DNA of 41,557 nucleotides, taken from a virus. Location: IMG/VR virus record IMGVR_UViG_3300050498_000076, positions 1 to 41,557 of that record, one strand, 5' to 3'. Below the pieces are notes generated by a model. The model was given only the letters and a program-made list of their open reading frames with translations. It was not told the DNA's origin and ran no database searches. A program made the position numbers and the translations under genes. Shown in pieces: positions 25,164 through 33,720 of the stretch. Each line of letters opens with the position of its first letter. The first letter of the stretch is position 1.

Positions 25164-25651
25164 TGTGCGGCTCCTGACTTGAGTGGTGGTATGCGATTCG
25201 ATTCGAGCAGCTGCCTGGTCACTTCTTCTCGCCGAGCCATCAGCTGTGTCATCTCTGTCTGGCTCGCCTGCAGGTTGACGATGATCGTGTTCATCTGGCC
25301 TAGCTGCTCCTTCAGTGTTTCGTTGATCGGCACTCGCTTTGCCAGGTCCCGCATGGTGTCCAGCTGCGTGGTCGCCGACGTGAGTTGTGCGTCCCGCTCC
25401 TTCAGTCGATCCTGCATCTGCTCCACGTGCCGCTGGCATTCGACGTTGGCTCTCTGGAGTGCGACGTTCTCCTGGTAGAGTTCATCGTTCCGGTCTTGCA
25501 GCTTCTTCAGTGAGTCTGTGAACTTAGTGATCGCATCGGCATCGGCTGCTCCGCTCTGTGACTTGGCCAGCCTGCGTGCGTTCAGCCAGCTCATGGCGCC
25601 GCCGATAAATGTGAGCACTCCAATGATTAGGGTTACGGTCGATGGGTCCAT
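25160..25651 (-). CDS. N-terminal TM plus coiled-coil protein (163 aa; internal virion or envelope-acting candidate)
   Basis: Track ORF with a hydrophobic N-terminus (VTLIIGVLTFIGGAMSWL) followed by heptad-like Q/E/L-rich sequence. Confidence 0.68.
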   Translation of the reverse strand: MDPSTVTLIIGVLTFIGGAMSWLNARRLAKSQSGAADADAITKFTDSLKKLQDRNDELYQENVALQRANVECQRHVEQMQDRLKERDAQLTSATTQLDTMRDLAKRVPINETLKEQLGQMNTIIVNLQASQTEMTQLMARREEVTRQLLESNRIPPLKSGAAQ

Positions 25652-26217
25652 TTGCTTATGTTCTCCGTAAAGACCGCGAGCAGCTCCGGGTTGTACTTGT
25701 CGTGGTCCTTGATCAACTGCTCCATTGCTCGCTCGTGGGTGAAGGTCGGGTGGTAGCTGCGGACCTCGGTCAGCGCATCGTATGTGTCGACGATGTGGAC
25801 GATCATGGCGGCGTGTGAGATGTTGCTCTCTCGTGCGTGGTCCGGGTATCCGCTGCCGTTGTAGTTCTCGTGGTGGTGCCGGATGATGTCCAGGATCATG
25901 GCGTCGAGCCTGGCTTCGCTTGCGAGGGTGTATCCAAGCATCGCATGCTGTCTCATAACTACCAGCTCGATCGGCGCCAGCTTGCCGGTCTTGTTAAGGA
26001 TGGCTTCCGGGATCGATGCCTTGCCGAGGTCATGCAGTGCGGCGCCCACGTCCAGCATCTCCAGCTGGTTGCTGTTCATCCCGATCGTGCGGCCAAACTC
26101 GACGGCGATCTGTCGGACCCGATCTCCGTGTTCGTGGCTGTAGGTTTCCCTCTGCCTGCTCAGTTGTCCCATCATGCGGATGATCAGCTCGTGATCGACC
26201 TTGACCTTGCTGTTCAT
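25633..26217 (-). CDS. Stand-alone HD-GYP domain phosphodiesterase (194 aa)
   Basis: All hallmark motifs are present: SHEHGDRV, LHDLGK, PIELVVMRQHAMLGY, HHHENYNGSGYP and IVDTYDALTEVRSY. Its ATG overlaps the portal stop (ATGA). Confidence 0.9.
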   Translation of the reverse strand: MNSKVKVDHELIIRMMGQLSRQRETYSHEHGDRVRQIAVEFGRTIGMNSNQLEMLDVGAALHDLGKASIPEAILNKTGKLAPIELVVMRQHAMLGYTLASEARLDAMILDIIRHHHENYNGSGYPDHARESNISHAAMIVHIVDTYDALTEVRSYHPTFTHERAMEQLIKDHDKYNPELLAVFTENISKWTHRP

Positions 26218-27932
26218 GGAAGCGGCTGCTCTCCTGGCATCGGCATCGGTCCACCCATTGGCGCCTGGATCATGTTCGGTTGTCCCTGTGCCATTGATGG
26301 ATCGATCATCGGCTGCCCATTCTCCTGCTGCTGAAGCATCGCCTCATCTGGTGGTGCCGCCTGGGGACCTGGTGGTATCGCCGGTGGTGGTGGTGCTGCA
26401 GGGGGTTTGCGTAGTGCGACGGCGATCATCTCCTGCATGAAGCCTGGGTCAGCCAGCATCGCCTGGATCATGGTCTTGAGCATCTGCTCCTTGACGACTT
26501 GCTTGCGCATGGCATCGCTGTCGCCGATCTGCAGCAGGTTCGTGTGCTTCCATTCATCGCTGACCAGGTCGCCGAGGTTCGCAGCCACTTGTGCGTTGCG
26601 CAGGTCGTCCTGTGGTAGCTTCGGCTTCATCGTCACGATGATGATGTAATCGTCCGGGATGTCTGCTGCCGCCAGGATCGGGTGATCGATCCCTTCGTAT
26701 TTCACTCGGCAGAGTATGTGATCGAAGATGTCCCGGAAGGCTCCTTCGATTGCTTCCTTCGGGTCTTCGAGTGGTAGGGTTCCTGCGCTGCTCATCATTG
26801 CCAGTCCGCTAAAGGTTGACCCCTCGACCGCCTGTCCGAGTGTCTGCTTGTAGATGGTGCTGTCGTTGTTGACTGCATCGAGTATCTCTTTGATCCGCAT
26901 CGTGTCGCCGTCCACCACTGGGAAGTTGGTCGCCTGTGCCTTGGCGAATATCTTCCGCACGCCTCCGGTGTAGTCGATCTTCAGGGCCTGGTCGGCTCCT
27001 TGTAAACTCTCCGGGTCCACCAATAGCAGCGGTCCGGGTAAGCCCTGGACAAAGAGTGCCGTGAAAAGGTAGGTATAAAACAGGTTCTCTCGGCGATCCC
27101 ACTCCCCTTTGGTGTGTGCATATAGGAAGCTCTGCGAGAACTTGTCGCTCTCATTCCATAGGCTAGTGCCGCCTGCAAACCTGGCGGCGATGTTGATTGA
27201 GTCCATCATGTGCGGCTTGGCTATCAGCGTTTCCCGTCTGCCTTCGATCCATGCCACCCGGTTGGTGCGATCGATCCAGTCCCATATCCAATAGCTACTC
27301 TTGGCGCTCAGTCCGTCGACTCCCCACCGTTCTTCGATGGCCGGTCCACTCAGCTTGTACTTGCGCAGGTGTGCGCTCATTCCGAACTCTCCCCATCGGC
27401 TGAACGATTCGCTGGCGTTGAGTGCTTTGAGTAGGAAGGGTGTGTGCAGTCCGATCTTCTGCAGGTACTTCTTTTGGGCTGCGTCCTTCTGCACTGTGAT
27501 CAAGTCATCGACCTTCTCGGCTGCGATCACTGCCGGTCCGTATAACGTTGCCGATAGGTTGAGGTCCTTCTCCACTCGTGCTCGGCGCATCATCCCGGAC
27601 TGGTCCAGGATTTGTTTGAGTGCTCGCTCGATCCGGTTGCTGTTGGGATGGGTGTCGCCGCTGGCATCGGTGATCGTGATGTGGATTTCACTGGTGTCGA
27701 GCAGTCGCTTCATGCCGGTGACTGCGTTGCGTCCTGTTGGGCTGATCGTCACCTTCCAGTCGTTGTCATCGATGTTGTTGCCTCGTGGCTTTTCGTTGGC
27801 GGTCATGAAGTAGATTTCTTCGTACCGCTTATAGAGATCGGTCAGTCGTTGGTGACTCTCGCCAGTGGTCAGGCGTTGTGCTTCGGCTTTGACCTTGGTG
27901 ATCTCGTCTTGGGGTAGGGTGGTGTCTGGCAT
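26214..27932 (-). CDS. Portal protein (572 aa) with a Pro/Gln-rich C-terminal tail
   Basis: Track ORF immediately downstream of TerL, with a size typical of portals. Family not verified by search. Confidence 0.7.
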   Translation of the reverse strand: MPDTTLPQDEITKVKAEAQRLTTGESHQRLTDLYKRYEEIYFMTANEKPRGNNIDDNDWKVTISPTGRNAVTGMKRLLDTSEIHITITDASGDTHPNSNRIERALKQILDQSGMMRRARVEKDLNLSATLYGPAVIAAEKVDDLITVQKDAAQKKYLQKIGLHTPFLLKALNASESFSRWGEFGMSAHLRKYKLSGPAIEERWGVDGLSAKSSYWIWDWIDRTNRVAWIEGRRETLIAKPHMMDSINIAARFAGGTSLWNESDKFSQSFLYAHTKGEWDRRENLFYTYLFTALFVQGLPGPLLLVDPESLQGADQALKIDYTGGVRKIFAKAQATNFPVVDGDTMRIKEILDAVNNDSTIYKQTLGQAVEGSTFSGLAMMSSAGTLPLEDPKEAIEGAFRDIFDHILCRVKYEGIDHPILAAADIPDDYIIIVTMKPKLPQDDLRNAQVAANLGDLVSDEWKHTNLLQIGDSDAMRKQVVKEQMLKTMIQAMLADPGFMQEMIAVALRKPPAAPPPPAIPPGPQAAPPDEAMLQQQENGQPMIDPSMAQGQPNMIQAPMGGPMPMPGEQPLP

Positions 27933-27933
27933 A

Positions 27934-29352
27934 TCAGATTCCTTTCACGGCTCTGCCTGGGTGTGTGCTCCGTCTGTCCTGGCCGCCTGGTGCTGGCGGT
28001 GGTGTGTCGGTGCGCTTCTGGTTGGTGAACAAGTACCGGCACGTATCGTAGGCGTGGTCTTCGGCGGTGGTGTCGACGTCCTCGACGTTGATCGTGTCGT
28101 GCGCCAGGGTGGATAGCTGCTCGATCAAGTTCACGCATGTGCTAAAGACGACCATGCCTGGCTCGCCGTTGGGCAGATCCGCCAGCGCATCATCGATCTT
28201 CCGTTTGCCTGAGATGCGGTCGTTGTCTGCCCTGGTCAGGTAGACCTTGTTGTCTTTGTAGATGTCGTTTGCCGATGTGATCTTGGCTGCTGAGTTCTTC
28301 CGCTGCCACATCGCCGGGTCGCCGTAGTGGATGCTGATCACTTCGTTCGGCGGTGTCATCTCCTTGATCATCTCGGCTTGCTGTGTGAGTGTGAGCCCTG
28401 GTTGGTAGGCTTCCCTGTAAACGATCACCTGTCTGGTGTTCGGGTTGCGTGCTGCCCATAGTGTGCAGAATGGTGCCGTCGTTCCTTCGTCGGTTGCTCT
28501 CCACTTGAACCAGGTGTCCGGTATTTCGTGCGGCTCTACCACGTGGCGCTCGTAGTCCCATCCTGGGAATGCCATGCCTGCGAACGCATCCCAGTCTGCA
28601 TCTCGCCAGGCTTTGCCTCGTGGTCCCTTCAACCCTTCCAGCCAGCGGATGTACTCGGCGTGCAGGAATGGGTTGTCCTTGTAGGTCACGTTGAAGAAGC
28701 GGGTCCACTTCTCCCGGTGCTCTCGGGCCGGGATCACAAATGCCTTCTTGAACCAGAGCAGTCCTGGTCCGTCTGCGTTGGTGGTCAGGTACATCCGAGC
28801 ACGCCAGTCTGACCTGGTTGTGCGCAGGCTGCCTCGGATGTTCTCCTTCTTATCTTCTGGCAGCTGCGTGGCTTCTTCGACGGCGATGCCATCGTATTCC
28901 AAGCCCAGGTATTTATCGATGTCCCTGGCGTTGTTGTATCCGCCGATCACGATCCGGCTGCCGTTGGGGAACTCCACTCCTTCGGCGGTCGCTTTGTGTG
29001 GTGTGAATCGGAAGACCTTCCGGGTCAAGTCGTCCAGGCTTTCGGCTGCCGACTTCATGACCTTCCTTAAGAATAGGAACTTCAATCCATCGCGGCGCTG
29101 GCAGTCATCAAGTCCTACTTGTGCCAGGCTTGCAAATGATTTGCCTGGTCCCCGGCTCCCACCCATTGCGATCTCGTCGGGTCCGTCTTCCTGGTCGGCT
29201 TCCCTGGCTGCTGCGTGGAAGGGCATCATGCTCTGCAGCACGACGCAGCCTCCTATAATGAACCGCTCGATCTGATCTCTCGGCATCTCTGCTTCGGCTG
29301 CCGCCTGGACCATTCGAAGGATGCGCTCGTCAGCTTGGATGGTTGGCTGCAT
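27934..29352 (-). CDS. terL: Terminase large subunit (472 aa)
   Basis: Walker A (GGSRGPGKS) and Walker-B-like (GIAVEEAT) motifs. It follows a TerS-like gene and precedes portal. Confidence 0.85.
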   Translation of the reverse strand: MQPTIQADERILRMVQAAAEAEMPRDQIERFIIGGCVVLQSMMPFHAAAREADQEDGPDEIAMGGSRGPGKSFASLAQVGLDDCQRRDGLKFLFLRKVMKSAAESLDDLTRKVFRFTPHKATAEGVEFPNGSRIVIGGYNNARDIDKYLGLEYDGIAVEEATQLPEDKKENIRGSLRTTRSDWRARMYLTTNADGPGLLWFKKAFVIPAREHREKWTRFFNVTYKDNPFLHAEYIRWLEGLKGPRGKAWRDADWDAFAGMAFPGWDYERHVVEPHEIPDTWFKWRATDEGTTAPFCTLWAARNPNTRQVIVYREAYQPGLTLTQQAEMIKEMTPPNEVISIHYGDPAMWQRKNSAAKITSANDIYKDNKVYLTRADNDRISGKRKIDDALADLPNGEPGMVVFSTCVNLIEQLSTLAHDTINVEDVDTTAEDHAYDTCRYLFTNQKRTDTPPPAPGGQDRRSTHPGRAVKGI

Positions 29353-29881
29353 CTTTCGGCGCTCCGTATACCATGTCTAGGATTTGTTTCAACCCTTCAA
29401 CGTTCAGCGTGCCGTCGAAGGTGATCTTGGTTCCTGCCATGTCCAGGTTCATCAGCGTGCGGATGCTCTCTGATAGCTTGCGCACCTGGTCGACGGCTCC
29501 GAGCACCCCTCGGTACGCTGCCGGTGACGTCGAGAGTATCAATCGTTCGAGGCGCTGCCGCTCCAGCTCCCTGAGCAGGTTGGTTCCGTCTTCGATCTCT
29601 TTGCCTGTTCGCTCCAGTGCTCGCTTGACAGCCTTGCGTGCTCCTTCATGGGTGATGCCTAGTGCGTCGCCGATCGCTTCGAACGTGGCGCCGCCGATCC
29701 GTAGTTGGACGGCCTGGTTCTCTCTGACCCTGGCTGTCACTTCCTTGACCGACGTCGGTGAGTTGGCTCCCTGCAGCTGCGGGTTGGCGCTGATCAAGCT
29801 GGCGATCGTCGTCGGCACCACCGGGACTGGTGGTGTCTCCGGAGTTGGTGCCGTCTTCTGGTTCTTCTTGCGTGGGCTCAT
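29330..29881 (-). CDS. terS: Terminase small subunit-like DNA-binding protein (183 aa)
   Basis: Sigma70-region-4-like HTH (VQLRIGGATFEAIGDALGITHEGARKAVKRALER) followed by a coiled coil. It lies directly upstream of TerL and overlaps it. Confidence 0.6.
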   Translation of the reverse strand: MSPRKKNQKTAPTPETPPVPVVPTTIASLISANPQLQGANSPTSVKEVTARVRENQAVQLRIGGATFEAIGDALGITHEGARKAVKRALERTGKEIEDGTNLLRELERQRLERLILSTSPAAYRGVLGAVDQVRKLSESIRTLMNLDMAGTKITFDGTLNVEGLKQILDMVYGAPKDAANHPS

Positions 29882-29891
29882 TGCAACTACC

Positions 29892-31316
29892 TTATTGCAA
29901 CTGACTGATGTCGATGCCTGGGAAGCCTTGGGCTGCTCGTTCGAGCGTGACCGCTATGTACTTCGGGTCCAGCTCCACCCCTCGGCATCGCCTGCCGGTA
30001 TTCTCTGCGGCTATCAACGTGGCGCCTGCTCCCAGGAAGCTGTCGATCACGATCTCACCGATCGTCGATGAGTTCTCGATCGCTCGCCTTGCCAGGCCGG
30101 GTGGCTTCTGTGTTGGGTGCAGGTATTCCTTGGCGCTGTCGCGTCTGATCTCCCAGGCTGATGAGTTGCTGTTGTCGGAGATCAGCATGCTCTCCCCTTC
30201 CTTCATCCTAATCAAGCGGACCTTGCCTGACTTCGGTGCGTTGCGCTTCAGGTACATCTTGTGCTCCCCGTAGGCGAGCAGCACTCCTGCGGCGATGCTC
30301 ACTGCGCTGTGATCGTCGGGTGTCACTCGTATCCGCCAGCATGTGCTCTGCTTCCGGTCGCCGTAAAACGCAGCGGTGCTGCCCTGCTTCTGTGCATAGA
30401 AGAACGGCTCGTGCTGCCAGCGGTAGTCGCTGTGTCCCATCACGAAGGTTTCCTTGACCCACACCAGGTATTGCTTTTCTTCGAGCCCGACCGCATCCAT
30501 CGCCCATTCAAAGTCTCGGCGTGTGCTCGATGCGTGGAAGATATAAAAGCCTGCGGTGCTCAACGTATGATCCATCAGCTGCTTGAAGGCTGGCTTGAGC
30601 AGCTGGTTGACCAGCTCGTCCTGCTTCAGTTCGTCATTGAGCACTGACTCTCCGCTGCCTCGGCTCTCGTAGTCCACTCCGTAGGGCGGGTCAATGAACA
30701 CCATGCTTGCGACTTCTCCACCCATCAGCTGCTTGAAGGTCTTCGGCTTGGTTGAGTCTGCGCAGATGATTCGATGCTTGCCGATCTGCCACATCTGCCC
30801 TGGCTCCGTTCCCCATTTCATGCGCAGCTCTGCCGCCTTGTCGATCAGCTGTTGGCCTGCATCGTCATCGCCGGTGGTGCCGTAGTCGATCCCGCTGTCC
30901 CTGGCGAGGTCTGACAGGAACTTGAGCACGTCGGTGTTGCTCGTGTTGACCTGGTCGAGCAAGGCTTCCATGTTCATGCGGTCGGTCGTTGCCAGTGCGG
31001 CCATCGCATCGATCGAGAGCAGTGCCTGGGCTTCTTCTTCCGGGCTCAGGTCCACCTGGATGTATGGCACATCGGCGTCGCCGTTCTTCGCGGCTTCTTC
31101 GATGCGCTCGTGCCCATCGATCACGTGTCCGGTTCGGATGTTGTCGATCACCACGTCAAACCAACCAATCGACTGCAGTGATCCCTGCACTGCAGTCTTT
31201 TGGCGGGCCGGATGCTTGCGCCAGTTGTTAGGGTGTGGGTTGAACTGTGATGCTGGCTTGGTGCCGTATCCGACTATCCGGTTCTGCCATAGTGTGTTGG
31301 GCTCTGCGGTGCTCAC
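29892..31316 (-). CDS. ParB-like nuclease domain fused to an N4/N6 DNA methyltransferase (474 aa, GTG start)
   Basis: N-terminal ParB-type pattern (NPHPNNWRKH...VIDGHERIEEA). DPPY motif (VFIDPPYGVDY) and a C-terminal FxGxG motif (DSFLGAGAT), in the beta-class motif order. Confidence 0.85.
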   Translation of the reverse strand: MSTAEPNTLWQNRIVGYGTKPASQFNPHPNNWRKHPARQKTAVQGSLQSIGWFDVVIDNIRTGHVIDGHERIEEAAKNGDADVPYIQVDLSPEEEAQALLSIDAMAALATTDRMNMEALLDQVNTSNTDVLKFLSDLARDSGIDYGTTGDDDAGQQLIDKAAELRMKWGTEPGQMWQIGKHRIICADSTKPKTFKQLMGGEVASMVFIDPPYGVDYESRGSGESVLNDELKQDELVNQLLKPAFKQLMDHTLSTAGFYIFHASSTRRDFEWAMDAVGLEEKQYLVWVKETFVMGHSDYRWQHEPFFYAQKQGSTAAFYGDRKQSTCWRIRVTPDDHSAVSIAAGVLLAYGEHKMYLKRNAPKSGKVRLIRMKEGESMLISDNSNSSAWEIRRDSAKEYLHPTQKPPGLARRAIENSSTIGEIVIDSFLGAGATLIAAENTGRRCRGVELDPKYIAVTLERAAQGFPGIDISQLQ

Positions 31317-31693
31317 TCCGGTAAGGCTCCGGTGTATCCGAGCGTGCGCAGGTAGCCATCGACGTCGCGGACCCAGTTCATGATCTGGTTGTCATCCGGG
31401 TCCGGTGTTGGTATTGGGTTGTGCAATGATGGGAGTGCGTATCGCCTGTTGCCGATGCCCAGGCACACGTACTCTTGCGTGAGTCCGCCTGGGTTGTCTG
31501 TGATCCTTCCCCATTCCTGGATGCCTGTGCTCCCCTTGACCTTGATGATCTGATAAACGTGGAAGCCCTCGCCGTTGCTCATCCATCGCAGGATGTTCTT
31601 GGTGCTCTGCGTGTTGGTCTGTGCCCTGACGTTGAGCCCTTCCTTATTAACGACCAGGTAGTTTGCCGGGATGATCCAGCTGTCTCCGTCCAT
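31313..31693 (-). CDS. SH3b-like / peptidoglycan-binding-like protein without a recognisable catalytic domain (126 aa)
   Basis: LNVRAQTNTQSTKNILRWMSNGEGFHVYQ...EWGRI resembles a bacterial SH3 domain. The C-terminal VRDVDGYLRTLGYTG resembles the start of a PG_binding_1 repeat. It lies next to the holin-like gene. Confidence 0.6.
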   Translation of the reverse strand: MDGDSWIIPANYLVVNKEGLNVRAQTNTQSTKNILRWMSNGEGFHVYQIIKVKGSTGIQEWGRITDNPGGLTQEYVCLGIGNRRYALPSLHNPIPTPDPDDNQIMNWVRDVDGYLRTLGYTGALPE

Positions 31694-31694
31694 C

Positions 31695-32042
31695 TCAGCC
31701 TGCTTTCGGTGGCGCCAGCCAGTAGGCTTTGGTGCGCTCCACCAGCTTGTGTGTCTGGCGGCTGATGGTGATCTGGAGTATGTATTGGAAGATCAGGGTT
31801 GCAAACTTAACGATTTCGAGCAGTGCCTTGTCTGCCGATGGGACGTCGACCCTTGGGTAAAACTGCAGCAGCACTGCGACCACGATCAGGGCGATCAGGT
31901 TGAGTGCTGCGGATGCTTTGCCTGCGTTGCCTTCGTTGATCACGCCTGCCCATTTGAAGACGTCTATCAAGAGTGCGATCGCTGCGGGTATTCCTACGCT
32001 GGCTGCCAGCACGGCCAGTACGATCTCGGTTGTGATGTGCAT
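31695..32042 (-). CDS. Holin-like membrane protein (115 aa)
   Basis: Two to three hydrophobic helices and a charged C-terminus. It is the first gene after the late leader cassette. Confidence 0.55.
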   Translation of the reverse strand: MHITTEIVLAVLAASVGIPAAIALLIDVFKWAGVINEGNAGKASAALNLIALIVVAVLLQFYPRVDVPSADKALLEIVKFATLIFQYILQITISRQTHKLVERTKAYWLAPPKAG

Positions 32043-32068
32043 GGGTTGCTCCTGTTTCTTCCGGCTGC

Positions 32069-32106
32069 CAAAACAAAAACGGGAACCCTTTTGCGGGGCT
32101 CCCGTT
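32069..32106 (-). terminator. Leader terminator B2
   Basis: In minus sense there is an 11-bp stem (AACGGGAGCCC/GGGUUCCCGUU, one G-U) with a 7-nt loop, followed by UUUUGUUUU. It lies 27 nt upstream of the holin ATG. Confidence 0.65.
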
Positions 32107-32113
32107 GAGAGAT

Positions 32114-32140
32114 AAAAAAATCGAGACGCCTCGCTATCGA
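32114..32140 (-). terminator. Weak hairpin plus U7 (leader element B1)
   Basis: In minus sense a short stem (CGAG GCGU CUCG) is followed by AUUUUUUUAUCUC. The TTTTTTTATCTC 12-mer is shared with cassette A. Confidence 0.3.
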
Positions 32141-32142
32141 GT

Positions 32143-32167
32143 GTCCCGTTTCTTTGTCTGCCGGACT
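32143..32167 (-). promoter_or_regulatory. Conserved 25-nt leader box, copy B (AGTCCGGCAGACAAAGAAACGGGAC in minus sense)
   Basis: 24 of 25 positions are identical to 7388..7412. Confidence 0.5.
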
Positions 32168-32181
32168 GTGGGGGTTGGGTC

Positions 32182-32379
32182 TTACTTGGTCGGGATTATA
32201 GCACCAGTTTGGATGCCTGACTCCTTGATCGCTTCGGCTCTGCTCTCGGCGATCACGTATCCGAATCGCCGGTGGATGCTGTTGGCTTCTTTCTCAGCTG
32301 CTTCCTTCTCCCCTCGTATGGTCAGCATCGCTGTGCCTGGCTTGTATAAGTAGATTGCTATGGTTTGTTGGTTGGTCAT
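32182..32379 (-). CDS. Hypothetical protein (65 aa)
   Basis: Track ORF, ATGA-coupled to the upstream gene. Its last codons contain the late -10 element. Confidence 0.6.
   Translation of the reverse strand: MTNQQTIAIYLYKPGTAMLTIRGEKEAAEKEANSIHRRFGYVIAESRAEAIKESGIQTGAIIPTK
32195..32203 (-). promoter_or_regulatory. Extended -10 promoter element TGcTATAAT (late operon 1)
   Basis: The minus strand reads TGCTATAAT, 27 nt upstream of box B. Confidence 0.5.
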
Positions 32380-32606
32380 CGTTGTTGTCCGTTTCCTCGC
32401 ATCTCACGCAGCTCCCCGGCCAGGTCTTCGCTTAGTGCTCGCTCGATCCGGTGCGGGTGATGGTTGTGGAAGGTAATCGTCAGTCTGCCATAGCCTTCCG
32501 TCTTCATCTCTTTGCTGCGCTGTGCGATCTTTCTCAGCTCTCGGTCTGTGTAGACTTCTCGGAGTTCTTCCAGTACTCCGGTTGCCTGGGTGAGTGTCGC
32601 ATTCAT
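32376..32606 (-). CDS. Hypothetical protein (76 aa)
   Basis: Track ORF with RBS aaaGGAGcacgcgATG. Confidence 0.65.
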   Translation of the reverse strand: MNATLTQATGVLEELREVYTDRELRKIAQRSKEMKTEGYGRLTITFHNHHPHRIERALSEDLAGELREMRGNGQQR

Positions 32607-32674
32607 CGCGTGCTCCTTTGTGTGTTGATTGGGTTGGGTCTTATCTCGTGACGCAGTTCTCCTTTCTTAGTTTC

Positions 32675-32703
32675 ATTATAAATTCATTTCATCCGGCTGG
32701 CGA
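32675..32703 (-). promoter_or_regulatory. Possible promoter TCGCCA-17-TATAAT
   Basis: Perfect -10 and 4/6 match at -35 with a 17-nt spacer, read on the minus strand upstream of the 76-aa gene. Confidence 0.35.
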
Positions 32704-32712
32704 CGTGCAATT

Positions 32713-32868
32713 TCATTGCGCCAGCCTGGTCAGCTCCTCGTGTAGCTCGGATGTTATCGCCGCCAGGTCGAGGCGATCCTGGTAGTTGAACACGTGCGCG
32801 TTGGCTGTGATCATCAGCATCACTTGCGTGGTCCACTTGATCAGTAAGGCTGCCCAGGTTGGTATCAT
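32713..32868 (-). CDS. Possible small ORF (51 aa), below the track's length cutoff
   Basis: ATG at 32868 forms an ATGA overlap with the stop of the 102-aa gene. I translated the frame by hand and it is open to TGA at 32713..32715. There is no other support. Confidence 0.3.
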   Translation of the reverse strand: MIPTWAALLIKWTTQVMLMITANAHVFNYQDRLDLAAITSELHEELTRLAQ

Positions 32869-33173
32869 CGGTCCATCCCTCGATAGTCTATTCTGAACTG
32901 CCGGTACTCCATCAAGGTCATCCCCACTATATTTCTCTGCTCGTCTTCCGTCTCTACTCCAGACAGCTTGATCATGTACTGGGCTAGGAATTCTTCCTGG
33001 TCCGCGGCCTCGGCTGCTTGCAGTAAGTTCAGCGCCAGGTCACGGGCTGATGCTGGATCGATCTGCAGTGGGCGTCCGTCCTTGGGATAGTCCATCTCGA
33101 TCTCGACGATCCCCTGCCTCGACTTGCTTCCTAGCACCGACTTCACCATGATCTTCTTCAGTCCGTTGCTCAT
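32865..33173 (-). CDS. Hypothetical protein (102 aa)
   Basis: Track ORF with ATGA coupling upstream. Confidence 0.7.
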   Translation of the reverse strand: MSNGLKKIMVKSVLGSKSRQGIVEIEMDYPKDGRPLQIDPASARDLALNLLQAAEAADQEEFLAQYMIKLSGVETEDEQRNIVGMTLMEYRQFRIDYRGMDR

Positions 33174-33709
33174 ATCTCACCGCCTGTTATTTGGAACGCA
33201 GCGAAGACCTGGTGGCTGCACTCCCTCAGCATCATAGCGATGTTTGGGATCGGCATGGCGTTGGGGAAGTTGGTGACGTAGCAGGTGATCGCATACGGCG
33301 TGTGCTGGTGCTTGTGTGGGATCACAACTTCTGCCATCGGTGGGTCGTCTATCTCGACGGTGGCTTGGACGTACATCCCGCCTGCGTCGGTTCCGTCTGC
33401 ATCCGTGATCGTGATCATGCAATAGATGAGCCTGGCTTCCGGCTCTGGTCCGGCTATGATCACGTTGCCTGCCTCATCAAACGTGTACGGGGATAGCTCA
33501 CCGGCTGCGCTGCGTTGTCGTGCTCGTGCTTCGAGGTTGGCGATCGCTTCCGCTGTGTAATCGTACTTGTGCAAGTGTCCGCATGCCGCGTCGACGCAGC
33601 TGTATGGGAAGTGGCATTCGGTCATGTGGCCAAACGCACACCAGAATGATTTCAATCCATCGGCTCCGCACTGGCAGCCTGGGTTGTCTGTGGGTGTTGG
33701 GTAGTTCAT
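33170..33709 (-). CDS. Hypothetical protein with a Cys/His-rich N-terminus (179 aa)
   Basis: Track ORF. The N-terminus reads GCQCGADGLKSFWCAFGHMTECHFPYSCVDAACGHLH. Confidence 0.7.
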   Translation of the reverse strand: MNYPTPTDNPGCQCGADGLKSFWCAFGHMTECHFPYSCVDAACGHLHKYDYTAEAIANLEARARQRSAAGELSPYTFDEAGNVIIAGPEPEARLIYCMITITDADGTDAGGMYVQATVEIDDPPMAEVVIPHKHQHTPYAITCYVTNFPNAMPIPNIAMMLRECSHQVFAAFQITGGEI

Positions 33710-33720
33710 GCTGCTCTCCT

